Shown here: positions 20,990-28,914 of the stretch, one piece after another
Layout: each line of letters starts with the position of its first letter
How positions within the stretch are numbered: the stretch's first letter is position 1
IMG/VR virus record: IMGVR_UViG_3300041809_000308
Span: 14,797 to 78,796 of that record
DNA from: a virus
DNA length: 64,000 bases
Strand: one strand, 5' to 3'
Program-made: the position numbers and the translations under genes
The notes under the pieces: generated by a model
Seen by the model: only the letters and a program-made list of their open reading frames with translations
The model's database searches: none
Told to the model about the DNA's origin: nothing

Positions 20990-21751
20990 TTACACCAGTT
21001 GTGTCAGGCCCTCATCGAAAAACTTCCACTGCATTGGAGGAAGGGACTCTCGAATTTTATCCGGGTTCTGGTAGCGAGTCAAGGTGAATCCCAGTTTCAC
21101 CAGTGACCAGAACAATTGAATGCGGCTAATCAGTCCGGGACGTTCTTTCTGAAGTTCTGCAAAAACAGGGGGGATGTCGTCAGTGGGTACAAAACGGATG
21201 GCGGCTTCAAGCGACCACTTGTCCCCGGAGGCGATGTTGAACAACCCTGTTTCTGGAGCAATGGTGTCCCCCGTCAATTCGCGATATTGCTCAACAGCTA
21301 CATCACGGTATTTCAATGGGGCTTCAAGAGAAAGATGAACCTTGCCCGGTCCTACAAGATAGCCGAGAAACTTTGCCACGGTGCCTTCATCGTCAAATTC
21401 AATCGGGTCGATACTCAGGTAGTATGGACGGAGAGCCTTCTGCTCTTCTCGAATGTTCTTTTCCTTGGCGGCGTCAACTTCATTGACATCTTGTACGGTG
21501 TCAAAAGGAACGGTCCACGACCGTCCGTTCTTGCCTTTGATTGTCGCCGTATCGCCTACTAGGTCTACCAGTATACCACGCACCATCATGCCATTGGACA
21601 ACCGACCCCGGACCTCTATGTCCTCATCCTGCGCTTCTGCGAACTTAACTCTAATGGTCTCCCTGTGAGCGACCTTGAGTAGGTCCTTGTAGACATCCCC
21701 GCTTTCGAGCATAAACTCCCCCTGATATAGAAGAAAAAGCACTTTACTCAT
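20990..21751 (-). CDS. Hypothetical protein
   Basis: 253-aa ORF; the start may be the ATG at 21712. Confidence 0.6.
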   Translation of the reverse strand: MSKVLFLLYQGEFMLESGDVYKDLLKVAHRETIRVKFAEAQDEDIEVRGRLSNGMMVRGILVDLVGDTATIKGKNGRSWTVPFDTVQDVNEVDAAKEKNIREEQKALRPYYLSIDPIEFDDEGTVAKFLGYLVGPGKVHLSLEAPLKYRDVAVEQYRELTGDTIAPETGLFNIASGDKWSLEAAIRFVPTDDIPPVFAELQKERPGLISRIQLFWSLVKLGFTLTRYQNPDKIRESLPPMQWKFFDEGLTQLV

Positions 21752-21933
21752 TCGTTGATTGATGGTACACTGGTAAATACTGAGAAAATGAAGGGGAACT
21801 CACATGCAGCGACAAAGATTGAAAGTAGGGGATGTCAGAGTAGTGAACATCAATGGACGACCTGTCACGCTGGTCATCGGTCGGAAGTACGAGTTCAAGT
21901 TGAAGCCGGGGTGTCATCCACAACCCCCTACAG

Positions 21934-22983
21934 CTAGTTCTCCGCGCTTGCAAGTACCCGGCACACCGTACGACGGCTGAGGTTGAAGTACCGGGCAATG
22001 TCGCTCCGTGTTATACCCCTCTGAGCCCGAGCATAGGCTATGATGGTGGCATAATCTGCCTTACGTTTCTTTTCTCGTTCAGTGGGGTCTTCAAAGCGAT
22101 GAAGCTGTGCTTGTCGTATCTTTTCTCTAGTTTCTGCGGAGTGGGTCTTCCCAATATGCGCTTGCCGGTTTTTCTCCAAGGTCTCAGGAACTAGACTCGC
22201 CTGACGTATCTTTTCACGCTCCGCAGGGTCTTCATAGTGACAAAGCAAAGCCTGTCGTATCTTCTCTCTATGTTCAGGAGATAAAGGTCTCCCTAGCTTG
22301 GCCTGTCGTATTTTTTCTCGACACTCAGAAGAGTGAGGTTTTCGGGAACTCCCTAAGTTCGCTTGTCGTATCTTCTCTCTATGTTCAGGAGATAGGGGTT
22401 TTCCTAACTTAGCTTTTCGTATGTTTTCTCTAGCTGCGGGAGAGCGAGTTTTACCCAAACAAGCCTGACTTGTCTTTTCTCGTTCCGCAGAAATTGCATA
22501 ACGACGACCAGCGGCTTGACTTGCTTTTTCTCGCGCCATTGGATTTTCAAAATAATGAATAGTGGCTTGTCGATTTCTCTCCCGCACCGAGGGGTCTTCA
22601 AAGTAGCGACGTAAGGATTTGCTTATCTTTTCACGGGATTCAGGTGTAGGAACTCCCCCCTCTCCTCCTTCTGTCATGTTGTAGCCGTTACTCAGGGTAC
22701 TGTAGAACTGGATGCAGAATTTCTCCACGTCATCGAGTAAATCTTCAGCTTCAGCTTTCACAGTCGCTATCGTCTTTACTTCAAAAGCATCCCGCCCGTA
22801 TTTTCGGATAGCTCTATGAATTGCGTACTCACTCGCCCGTTTAGCGTCTGCTAGATGATGATTCCACCGATGTTTCACGGTTTTAATGGTCTTTCCCACA
22901 TACTGTTTTCCGTTAATTTTGTTTGTAACCAAGTAGATATACCCGACCATATCCGTTACTCCGTGTTCAATTTTTTTCCCCAT
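21934..22983 (-). CDS. GIY-YIG homing endonuclease with NUMOD3-like repeats and a C-terminal HTH
   Basis: YIYLVTNKINGKQYVGKT, GYNMTEGGEG, repeated SPEHREKIRQA. Confidence 0.9.
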   Translation of the reverse strand: MGKKIEHGVTDMVGYIYLVTNKINGKQYVGKTIKTVKHRWNHHLADAKRASEYAIHRAIRKYGRDAFEVKTIATVKAEAEDLLDDVEKFCIQFYSTLSNGYNMTEGGEGGVPTPESREKISKSLRRYFEDPSVRERNRQATIHYFENPMAREKASQAAGRRYAISAEREKTSQACLGKTRSPAARENIRKAKLGKPLSPEHREKIRQANLGSSRKPHSSECREKIRQAKLGRPLSPEHREKIRQALLCHYEDPAEREKIRQASLVPETLEKNRQAHIGKTHSAETREKIRQAQLHRFEDPTEREKKRKADYATIIAYARAQRGITRSDIARYFNLSRRTVCRVLASAEN

Positions 22984-23552
22984 CTTGTTTTCTTCATGAA
23001 AGTCACAGATGTGATTTCATGTCCGTTGGGTCGGTTAGTTCTCTTCCCTTGCGGAGTTCCACCACAATCCCGCTTCTCTAATTTCCATCCCGCCGCTTTG
23101 AGACTGGTTCCGGGTTCGGTCTCCAAAATGTACGTTTGAATTTTGCGGTAGCCAAGTGCCTTGGCGGCCTTAGCACTCGCTCCGTACAAAAAGCTGCAAG
23201 CGTTGTCAGTACCATTCGTAGCCAGTCGGCACACTTCAATCGTCTTCCCATCATCGAGAGCCCTGCACGCGGGTCGCATACATATCGCTACACCCACTAA
23301 CTCTCCGTTCTTCTCACACCCAATGCTGAACTTGGCAACCCGAATTGGTTTATGGTGACGGTGCCACCGTTCGACCGCTGCATTACTCTGCCAAAGATGA
23401 AGGGGCACCACCTTCAACTTCCCGGCTTGCCTGAGGGCTCGGGCAGCTTTCATTTTCTGCCGACGACGATACGCTCGTTGAGCAGCGGCGTGGTCCTTGT
23501 GAATCTTGGGACGCCCAACCTTGCGTTCGGGTGATTTAATTGGTTTCGTCAC
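22956..23552 (-). CDS. XF1762-family / Mom-like GNAT-fold protein, putative DNA base-modification enzyme
   Basis: HRHHKP..KFSIG..GVAI..RP..RALDDG..EVCRLAT..NACSFLYGA..ALGY..TY..EPGTSLKAAGW. Confidence 0.75.
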   Translation of the reverse strand: MTKPIKSPERKVGRPKIHKDHAAAQRAYRRRQKMKAARALRQAGKLKVVPLHLWQSNAAVERWHRHHKPIRVAKFSIGCEKNGELVGVAICMRPACRALDDGKTIEVCRLATNGTDNACSFLYGASAKAAKALGYRKIQTYILETEPGTSLKAAGWKLEKRDCGGTPQGKRTNRPNGHEITSVTFMKKTRWGKKLNTE

Positions 23553-23560
23553 TCTGGTTC

Positions 23561-23633
23561 TGGAGCGAGGGGGAGGATTCGATACTCCATTCTCTGTGGG
23601 GGTACCATAGAGTCTTACTTAGATGACCCTCGC
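23561..23633 (-). tRNA. Atypical tRNA-Gly(ACC)-like gene
   Basis: 73-nt cloverleaf: acceptor GCGAGGG/CCCTCGC, U73, encoded CCA, anticodon loop GT-ACC-CC. The D-loop lacks GG and the T arm reads GGAGT-ATCGAAT-CCTCC. Confidence 0.7.
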
Positions 23634-23640
23634 ATGAAGT

Positions 23641-23649
23641 CTAATACTC
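23641..23649 (-). promoter_or_regulatory. GAGTATTAG promoter-like motif upstream of the tRNA-Gly-like gene
   Basis: The same 9-mer occurs at 25921(-), 41157(-) and 43805(+), with a variant at 25514(-), mostly just upstream of genes. Confidence 0.45.
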
Positions 23650-24295
23650 AATCTCTCTGGTTGAAAGGCCAACGCCAACGAATCTCATCCGACAGGGTTT
23701 TCAAATAATCCCCGTATAGCACTCGTTTGGAGTTTTGCAGTTCTTTTTTATGCGGTAGGCTCTTCTCAATCTCTGGCATAACATCCCTCGCCAGCACGGC
23801 TGCACGGATGACTCCACCGCCATTATCCTCAGAAACTGTAACAGGAACAATGAGTACATCCTGATGCTCCAATTTGAACAATTCATCCGTGTGCGACTGA
23901 CTCTGGTTCCCACCCCGGTCTGCGTAACCAAAGAGGAAGGAGGCGGTGAACACCCTTTGCATTTCAAGAGTCTGTGACTTAACCGCGATTTGTAAAGTCC
24001 CACAGCTTCCTGATGGGAAAAACAAATCAGGCTTCCAAGATTTCTCTCCCTTTTTGTAGGTCTTGGTGTCGGGCTCCTCTAATATAAACCCACGGGAGCG
24101 TAGATACCGATAAACAAGGAACTCGCCCATCTTACCCTCACGGGTTTGATGAAATATACGGAAGCGGTCTGACTGTCCACGTTCTTCGTAGTAATCTATT
24201 GAGGTCTGATAAGACTCCTCGGCGAAAGCACGACATCTCTCAATATCGCCGAGTTCAAACTTGATACGTATGTCATCCATCGCTCTTGTCTCCAA
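23648..24295 (-). CDS. Hypothetical protein, possibly PD-(D/E)XK nuclease-like
   Basis: GKMGEFLVYRYL..PD..IAVKS pattern. Confidence 0.5.
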   Translation of the reverse strand: METRAMDDIRIKFELGDIERCRAFAEESYQTSIDYYEERGQSDRFRIFHQTREGKMGEFLVYRYLRSRGFILEEPDTKTYKKGEKSWKPDLFFPSGSCGTLQIAVKSQTLEMQRVFTASFLFGYADRGGNQSQSHTDELFKLEHQDVLIVPVTVSEDNGGGVIRAAVLARDVMPEIEKSLPHKKELQNSKRVLYGDYLKTLSDEIRWRWPFNQRD

Positions 24296-25505
24296 AATTC
24301 TTGGTTAGCAACCACATCAACTCTTGAGTGCGATGTGATGGTTCTTTAGTAAGAAAGCCTGAACCCCGCCCATTCTCATACGGGATGTGGATGTTCTTGA
24401 ATTCGAACTGCTCCTTGGTCCCGTCAACGATGTGCCCAGTAGCCGGGTGCTTGAGGTACCAGTGAGTTGTGTTGTTCGCCTCGGGGACTCGAACCACCTG
24501 TGGCTTGTATCCTCGGGTCTTGCCCCACTGATGATACAGATACTCAGCCATGATGTAGCAGTGACCGAACGTCTTGTGCTGACCCTCAGCCTGTGCTCTG
24601 TATTCAGGGGAGAGCAACTCAAGTGTGAGCGCCTGTTGGGCCTGCCAGATGAGGAAATCAGCCACCGGCTGACGCATCTCATCTTCAATGATAACCACAT
24701 CACCAGCCGTCCAGAATTTCTTGCCCAAATAGGACTGTCGAATCTGAGTCTTGCGTTTAGCGATGCGTTTTTCTTCCGGGGTCTTACCTTTCCACGAGGA
24801 AGCGTACTCACCTTCAACCACCTTGTTAAAACCCTTCCTCCATTTGCAGAAGGTATTCTTCGGTATAGTGTTACCGTACTTTCGGGTAGACTTACCTTCC
24901 ACTTGGTTCATGCCGGTGCCTTGAGGGTGCCCCACAGCCTTACCAGCCGTTGCCCCAACGAACTTCCAGCCAGTGTCAATGTAGCCGCGCCCGTCGCCAC
25001 GTCCGACCGAAGGATCAGGCTCGATGAATGTCTCGAAGCCATAGACCGGGAAACCATAGATGTCCTGCCATACTACAGCAACAGCTTTCTCCCACAGCGA
25101 CAGAGCACGTCCAAAAAGCCCTTTCTCATGGTTCGTAAGACAATAGACAGTATTGTCTACTATACCGTTCATCCACCGGGACATTCGTTCTTTGGTCTTC
25201 ATCTCTTTAGAGATGCCAAAGAACTCATCCCGCTTCGCTGTACACTTCACAGCACCACCGCCCGAGATAATCCCGGCGAGTTCTCCGTTGTACCAGATTA
25301 GAAAATGGATTTGCTGTCCACGGTCGCCAAACTTCAACCCCTGCTCTTTCCGTTCTTTGGCGGTGAGGACTACACCGCTATTAGGAATGGCAACTCCGTC
25401 TTTTTCATCAAGCTTCAAGGAAGCGATGTAGTGAGTTTCTCTCACCTGTGTGAAGCGTGGGTCACTCGCGGAGACAAACTCAAGGTATAGAGACGGGACT
25501 TCCAT
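24273..25505 (-). CDS. DUF4338/Mom-like GNAT-fold domain fused to a papain/transglutaminase-like domain
   Basis: N-part HYI..FLIWY..RD.F.G..YG..FETF..GW.FVG.T.G; C-part GHCY..THWYL..IVDGT. Confidence 0.55.
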   Translation of the reverse strand: MEVPSLYLEFVSASDPRFTQVRETHYIASLKLDEKDGVAIPNSGVVLTAKERKEQGLKFGDRGQQIHFLIWYNGELAGIISGGGAVKCTAKRDEFFGISKEMKTKERMSRWMNGIVDNTVYCLTNHEKGLFGRALSLWEKAVAVVWQDIYGFPVYGFETFIEPDPSVGRGDGRGYIDTGWKFVGATAGKAVGHPQGTGMNQVEGKSTRKYGNTIPKNTFCKWRKGFNKVVEGEYASSWKGKTPEEKRIAKRKTQIRQSYLGKKFWTAGDVVIIEDEMRQPVADFLIWQAQQALTLELLSPEYRAQAEGQHKTFGHCYIMAEYLYHQWGKTRGYKPQVVRVPEANNTTHWYLKHPATGHIVDGTKEQFEFKNIHIPYENGRGSGFLTKEPSHRTQELMWLLTKNFGDKSDG

Positions 25506-25540
25506 ATACCTTGTTAATACCCGGTTTTTGAAAAAGGAAA

Positions 25541-25681
25541 AGCCCCTTCGTCAACTCACTTCCTTGCCAGCGGATGCGTCCACCCGCAGACTTTAGAAAG
25601 GTCCTTTACTGCCGTGTCCCGACGCTCGGATTTATGGGACTGCCGACGAACAGTAAGCAAGGGTGAGTTGACGAAGAGGCT
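25541..25681 (-). ncRNA. Unknown multibranch RNA closed by a ~25-bp stem and followed by a U-tract (also terminates the cluster)
   Basis: Inverted repeat agccccttcgtcaactcac..ccttgc / gcaagg.gtgagttgacgaag.ggct enclosing several hairpins. Confidence 0.55.
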
Positions 25682-25682
25682 C

Positions 25683-25768
25683 TCGTCCGGGTGAGTGGTA
25701 CGCCGTGTCGAATGGCTACGCCTCACGGCCATGCCATACTGCGGACTCCTTCAGTCTCACCCGGACGA
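25683..25768 (-). ncRNA. Unknown structured RNA
   Basis: Perfect 13-bp closing stem tcgtccgggtgag / ctcacccggacga with internal hairpins. Confidence 0.5.
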
Positions 25769-25775
25769 AACTTGA

Positions 25776-25873
25776 TGGCGGCGTTGCAGGGCGAACCTTG
25801 TTGCCGGGGCTTAAACGTCATTGTTACGGACGCAGGGCGAAACCTTGTTGCCCGGACTTAAACATCGCCGCCA
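25776..25873 (-). ncRNA. Unknown RNA with two tandem ~31-nt units inside a closing stem
   Basis: tggcggcg / cgccgcca stem; near-identical units at 25786-25816 and 25832-25863. Confidence 0.5.
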
Positions 25874-25876
25874 AAC

Positions 25877-26002
25877 TGGGTGCCCCGCTCAGGATTCGAA
25901 CCCAAGTCCACCCCACAACTCTAATACTCGCAGCCGAGAGAAGCCGACTTTTCTCAGAGTTCTCTCAGTAGAGTGTCCTAACCAAGCTAGACCACAGGGC
26001 AC
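25877..26002 (-). ncRNA. tRNA-like RNA with a ~50-nt insertion in place of the anticodon loop
   Basis: Acceptor TGCCCTG/CGGGGCA-C-CCA, D arm GTCTAGCTTGGTTAGGAC, T loop GGTTCGAATCC, total ~125 nt. Confidence 0.65.
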
Positions 26003-26010
26003 AACAACAT

Positions 26011-26175
26011 TGGAGCAAAGCTTTACGCCGAGGGCTATCGTTTCGAACCGCTTTCCCTCTTAAGGAGTCCCTTCCTCCGCCGACTACAAGGCGGTGTGCT
26101 CACGCCTAACATTGGGCACCATTTTGTCGGAGTGCGCTACGGTGACCGTTCGCTTTCCCCGGCTGCGCTGTTGCC
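26011..26175 (-). ncRNA. Unknown ~165-nt structured RNA ending in CCA
   Basis: The 5' GGCAAC.GC..GCCGGGG pairs with the 3' CCTCGGC..GCTTTGCT-CCA. It contains GGTTCGAAAC and starts just downstream of a promoter. Confidence 0.45.
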
Positions 26176-26183
26176 TCATTCAT

Positions 26184-26213
26184 AGTATACCTGAGTCACC
26201 CAAGTTTTGGCTA
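26184..26213 (-). promoter_or_regulatory. Sigma70-like promoter driving the ncRNA cluster
   Basis: TAGCCA-N18-TATACT with an A-rich upstream element. Confidence 0.6.
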
Positions 26214-26296
26214 GTTTTTTGGAAATTTTTTTACAAATAGGGAGGGGCACCCGGAAGGTGCCCCCAATTCAATCCTACGCTTGGTAGGCGAACGTC

Positions 26297-26824
26297 TTAT
26301 CCAATAGAATACGATGAAAGTTCTCGACCTATCAACAGCGGTGAAAGGTGTGCCATCTCTGGTGTCGTCTTATATTGAAATTGTGGAAGGATGTTCAACA
26401 GCCGAACACCGCCTGACCATAACGCGGCGATGAGGAAGGCTGAACAAATTGTTGCGTTATCTTCGTGCCACGACTGATGAAGCATGAGACCGAGGATGTC
26501 TTTGAAATCGTACTTGGTTCCGATTCTTGTTTTGATGAAGCTGGTGATTGTCCTGTACTGGTCATCGTTCATCGGTATGCTGTAGGCTCTTGCACGAATA
26601 ATCGTGTTCCCGCCAACATAGTAGGAGTCATCATAAGCTTCGACTCCACCTGACGCATGAGCGCCCACATAAGGTCCGCTTAAGCCTAAGGCTTTCTGCT
26701 CATCTGCATCGAACAGAAACTCTACATGACACCACTGACTCCCACCAGTGAAATACTCAATGAGACCACTCACCAAATCTTTCTCTGCTACAAACCTAAG
26801 CCTGATGTCCGTCATACCCACCAT
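26297..26824 (-). CDS. Permuted papain-like (YiiX/YaeF-type NlpC/P60) amidase
   Basis: WCHVEF...YDF...ICS order (His before Cys). Confidence 0.65.
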   Translation of the reverse strand: MVGMTDIRLRFVAEKDLVSGLIEYFTGGSQWCHVEFLFDADEQKALGLSGPYVGAHASGGVEAYDDSYYVGGNTIIRARAYSIPMNDDQYRTITSFIKTRIGTKYDFKDILGLMLHQSWHEDNATICSAFLIAALWSGGVRLLNILPQFQYKTTPEMAHLSPLLIGRELSSYSIG

Positions 26825-26829
26825 TGTTG

Positions 26830-28914
26830 TTAGAGTTCAATACCGTGACGCTTGGCGATACGTTGACGAGTCGCCTCACGACGAGCGGCGGCAGCTTTGT
26901 TGGCCTCAGACTCACCTTGAGCCTCGGGGGCTTCAGTCTTCGCCGGGGCTTCAGGCTTGGCATCGTGGTCGCGGTCGGTGACGAAGCCAGCGGAGCCATC
27001 AGCCTTCTTTTCCTTCTTCTTGCCGTCGTCTTCCTTGCCGTCTTTCTCGTCCTTTTTCTTCTTCAAGAAATCCGGGAGTTCCTTTTTCTTGGCGGCGAGA
27101 ACTGGAGCCTTGGGTTCGCCTTCTTCATCACGATCAGTGGTGAATTCGATGCTGCCAGCTTCTTTTTCAATTTCTTCATCCAGCTTTTCTTCAGCCGGAG
27201 CAGCTTCAGGAGATTCGAGTTCTTTCTCGCCCTCTTCAAACTTAGCTTCATCGACCTTGGGCTCTGCACCAGATTCTGGTTCTTCAGGACCCCACTCACC
27301 ACTCAACTCTTCCTTGCCTTCCTCACCGAATGCTTCTTCGGCTGGAGTCAAGCTGAGTTCGATACCGAGATTCTCGGCGAGAGTTTCCACGGCACCGGCA
27401 ACGTCATCGAGTGAATGATAAACCTCGCTCAGAGCGTCAGCCACAACTTCAGGTGCTTCTTCTGCTATCTGGCGAAATCGAGCGGCATACTTACGCGCAG
27501 CTTGAATGCGAATCTTGATGCTTGCGGTTTTTGGTGCCTCGACCAAATCGAGGTTCGTCCGCAAGTTGTTCAGGGAATCGGCCATGGTGCCCAGTGCTTC
27601 AGCGAGTTCTGCAATCGCGCCATCGGCCTCCTTAGGCTCTTCGACAGCGACTTGACGTAGACGAGCCCACTTGCTCGAAGCTTCCTTGGTTTTGCTTACT
27701 TTTGGTGTAGCCATGGTTATTTCCTCCACTGCCTTTTTTGCAGTTCTATTAGGGGTTTTCGTAGTTGCAGTTTTGACCGGGGTCTTATGTTCCCCACCAT
27801 TTGCCGTACAGGGGCGGAGATTACAGGTCGTACATTCGCCACAATCTTCGCAATACTCGTGGTCTGAGAATTCATCGTGGTTGGGCGTGGTGGGCTCTCC
27901 CTCATCTTCGTAGGGGTTGGCCTCTTCCTTGTCACCACGGATGCTCAAAGCCTTCTTCTTGGCTTCGGTCATCGTACGTTCTTCGTACGATTCACCTGTT
28001 TGCAAATCCTTCAAGAGGAACCACTTCTTACGCCGGGTCGCATCAACGATTGTGATAGTGAAGCGGTCGTCATCGCTCTGCACAGTGGACATGGAGATAC
28101 GCTTCCACCCACCGCGTGCCATCTTTGCTGCGGAGATGCCCATGCGTTGGAATTCTGCTTTGGTGTTTTCATCAAACTCGGGCACCGTATTGCCTAAGTC
28201 CTCCGTCCCATAGCCCATGTAGTTTTGGACAATCTGGATAAGCTGCATCTTGATACCGATAGTAAGTCGCTTCCACGGTGTGCCAGCTATCTGATACACT
28301 TCCGCGTCAGAATATTGTTGAGGCTGCTTTCCTAAAAGAGTGCCGCCATGTTCTGGTCTTGGAATCTGTAAAGTGCTACGACGGGCAATTTCCTGCCGAG
28401 TGTCAAACGAAGCCGAATCCCAGTAAACTTCAACATCACGATTGTCAGCCGTCATGTGTAACATGGAATTAGGAAGTTCGGGGAGAATCGTGTGCTTCTC
28501 TTTGGTAGTAGCCGACTGGTCTTCAAGAGCCATCGCCTCTTCAACGCTTCTCTGACCTTTGTTAAGTAGAGAAGGAGCCGCAGCACCGGGAATGTTAGGG
28601 GTATTCGGTGTAGTATCCTGACGAAGATTCACTTGAGGTTCAGTCGCTATTTTGCGTGAGGCTGTGATGCCCAATCGAGAAAGCCACTGCTTGTCTTCAT
28701 CGGTGACCTCATGAGATTCGGGGATAACCTCAAGGCCGTCGTTTATCATACCGTCTACAATGTTAGGCGCATACTTCCACTCAACAGCGAAAGCATCCCC
28801 CAGCCATTGCCAAGACTCCAAACCAAGATTCTCGTCCACCCAACTCCGACCTTCGTCAGACCTTGGAGTGAACATAACAACAGAACCTTCGTTTCTAACT
28901 AGAACATCTGCCAT
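26830..28914 (-). CDS. Head-associated acidic protein with K-x-A linkers and DRD motifs
   Basis: Start moved to MADVLV (TAATG overlap with the upstream stop). Motifs ITASRKIA, KTAT, KEAS, KTAS, KEAG, F(T/V)TDRD. Confidence 0.6.
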   Translation of the reverse strand: MADVLVRNEGSVVMFTPRSDEGRSWVDENLGLESWQWLGDAFAVEWKYAPNIVDGMINDGLEVIPESHEVTDEDKQWLSRLGITASRKIATEPQVNLRQDTTPNTPNIPGAAAPSLLNKGQRSVEEAMALEDQSATTKEKHTILPELPNSMLHMTADNRDVEVYWDSASFDTRQEIARRSTLQIPRPEHGGTLLGKQPQQYSDAEVYQIAGTPWKRLTIGIKMQLIQIVQNYMGYGTEDLGNTVPEFDENTKAEFQRMGISAAKMARGGWKRISMSTVQSDDDRFTITIVDATRRKKWFLLKDLQTGESYEERTMTEAKKKALSIRGDKEEANPYEDEGEPTTPNHDEFSDHEYCEDCGECTTCNLRPCTANGGEHKTPVKTATTKTPNRTAKKAVEEITMATPKVSKTKEASSKWARLRQVAVEEPKEADGAIAELAEALGTMADSLNNLRTNLDLVEAPKTASIKIRIQAARKYAARFRQIAEEAPEVVADALSEVYHSLDDVAGAVETLAENLGIELSLTPAEEAFGEEGKEELSGEWGPEEPESGAEPKVDEAKFEEGEKELESPEAAPAEEKLDEEIEKEAGSIEFTTDRDEEGEPKAPVLAAKKKELPDFLKKKKDEKDGKEDDGKKKEKKADGSAGFVTDRDHDAKPEAPAKTEAPEAQGESEANKAAAARREATRQRIAKRHGIEL

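Noticed and set aside
22050-22480. Nucleotide repeats (gtcgtatcttctctctatgttcaggagata) suggesting a CRISPR array
   Set aside because: They are in-frame NUMOD3-like peptide repeats of a GIY-YIG endonuclease, with no repeat-spacer regularity and no cas genes.
25683-25876. Hammerhead or theta/HDV-like ribozyme downstream of the tRNA-like gene
   Set aside because: I could not fit the CUGAnGA/GAAA core or the HDV nested pseudoknot by eye.
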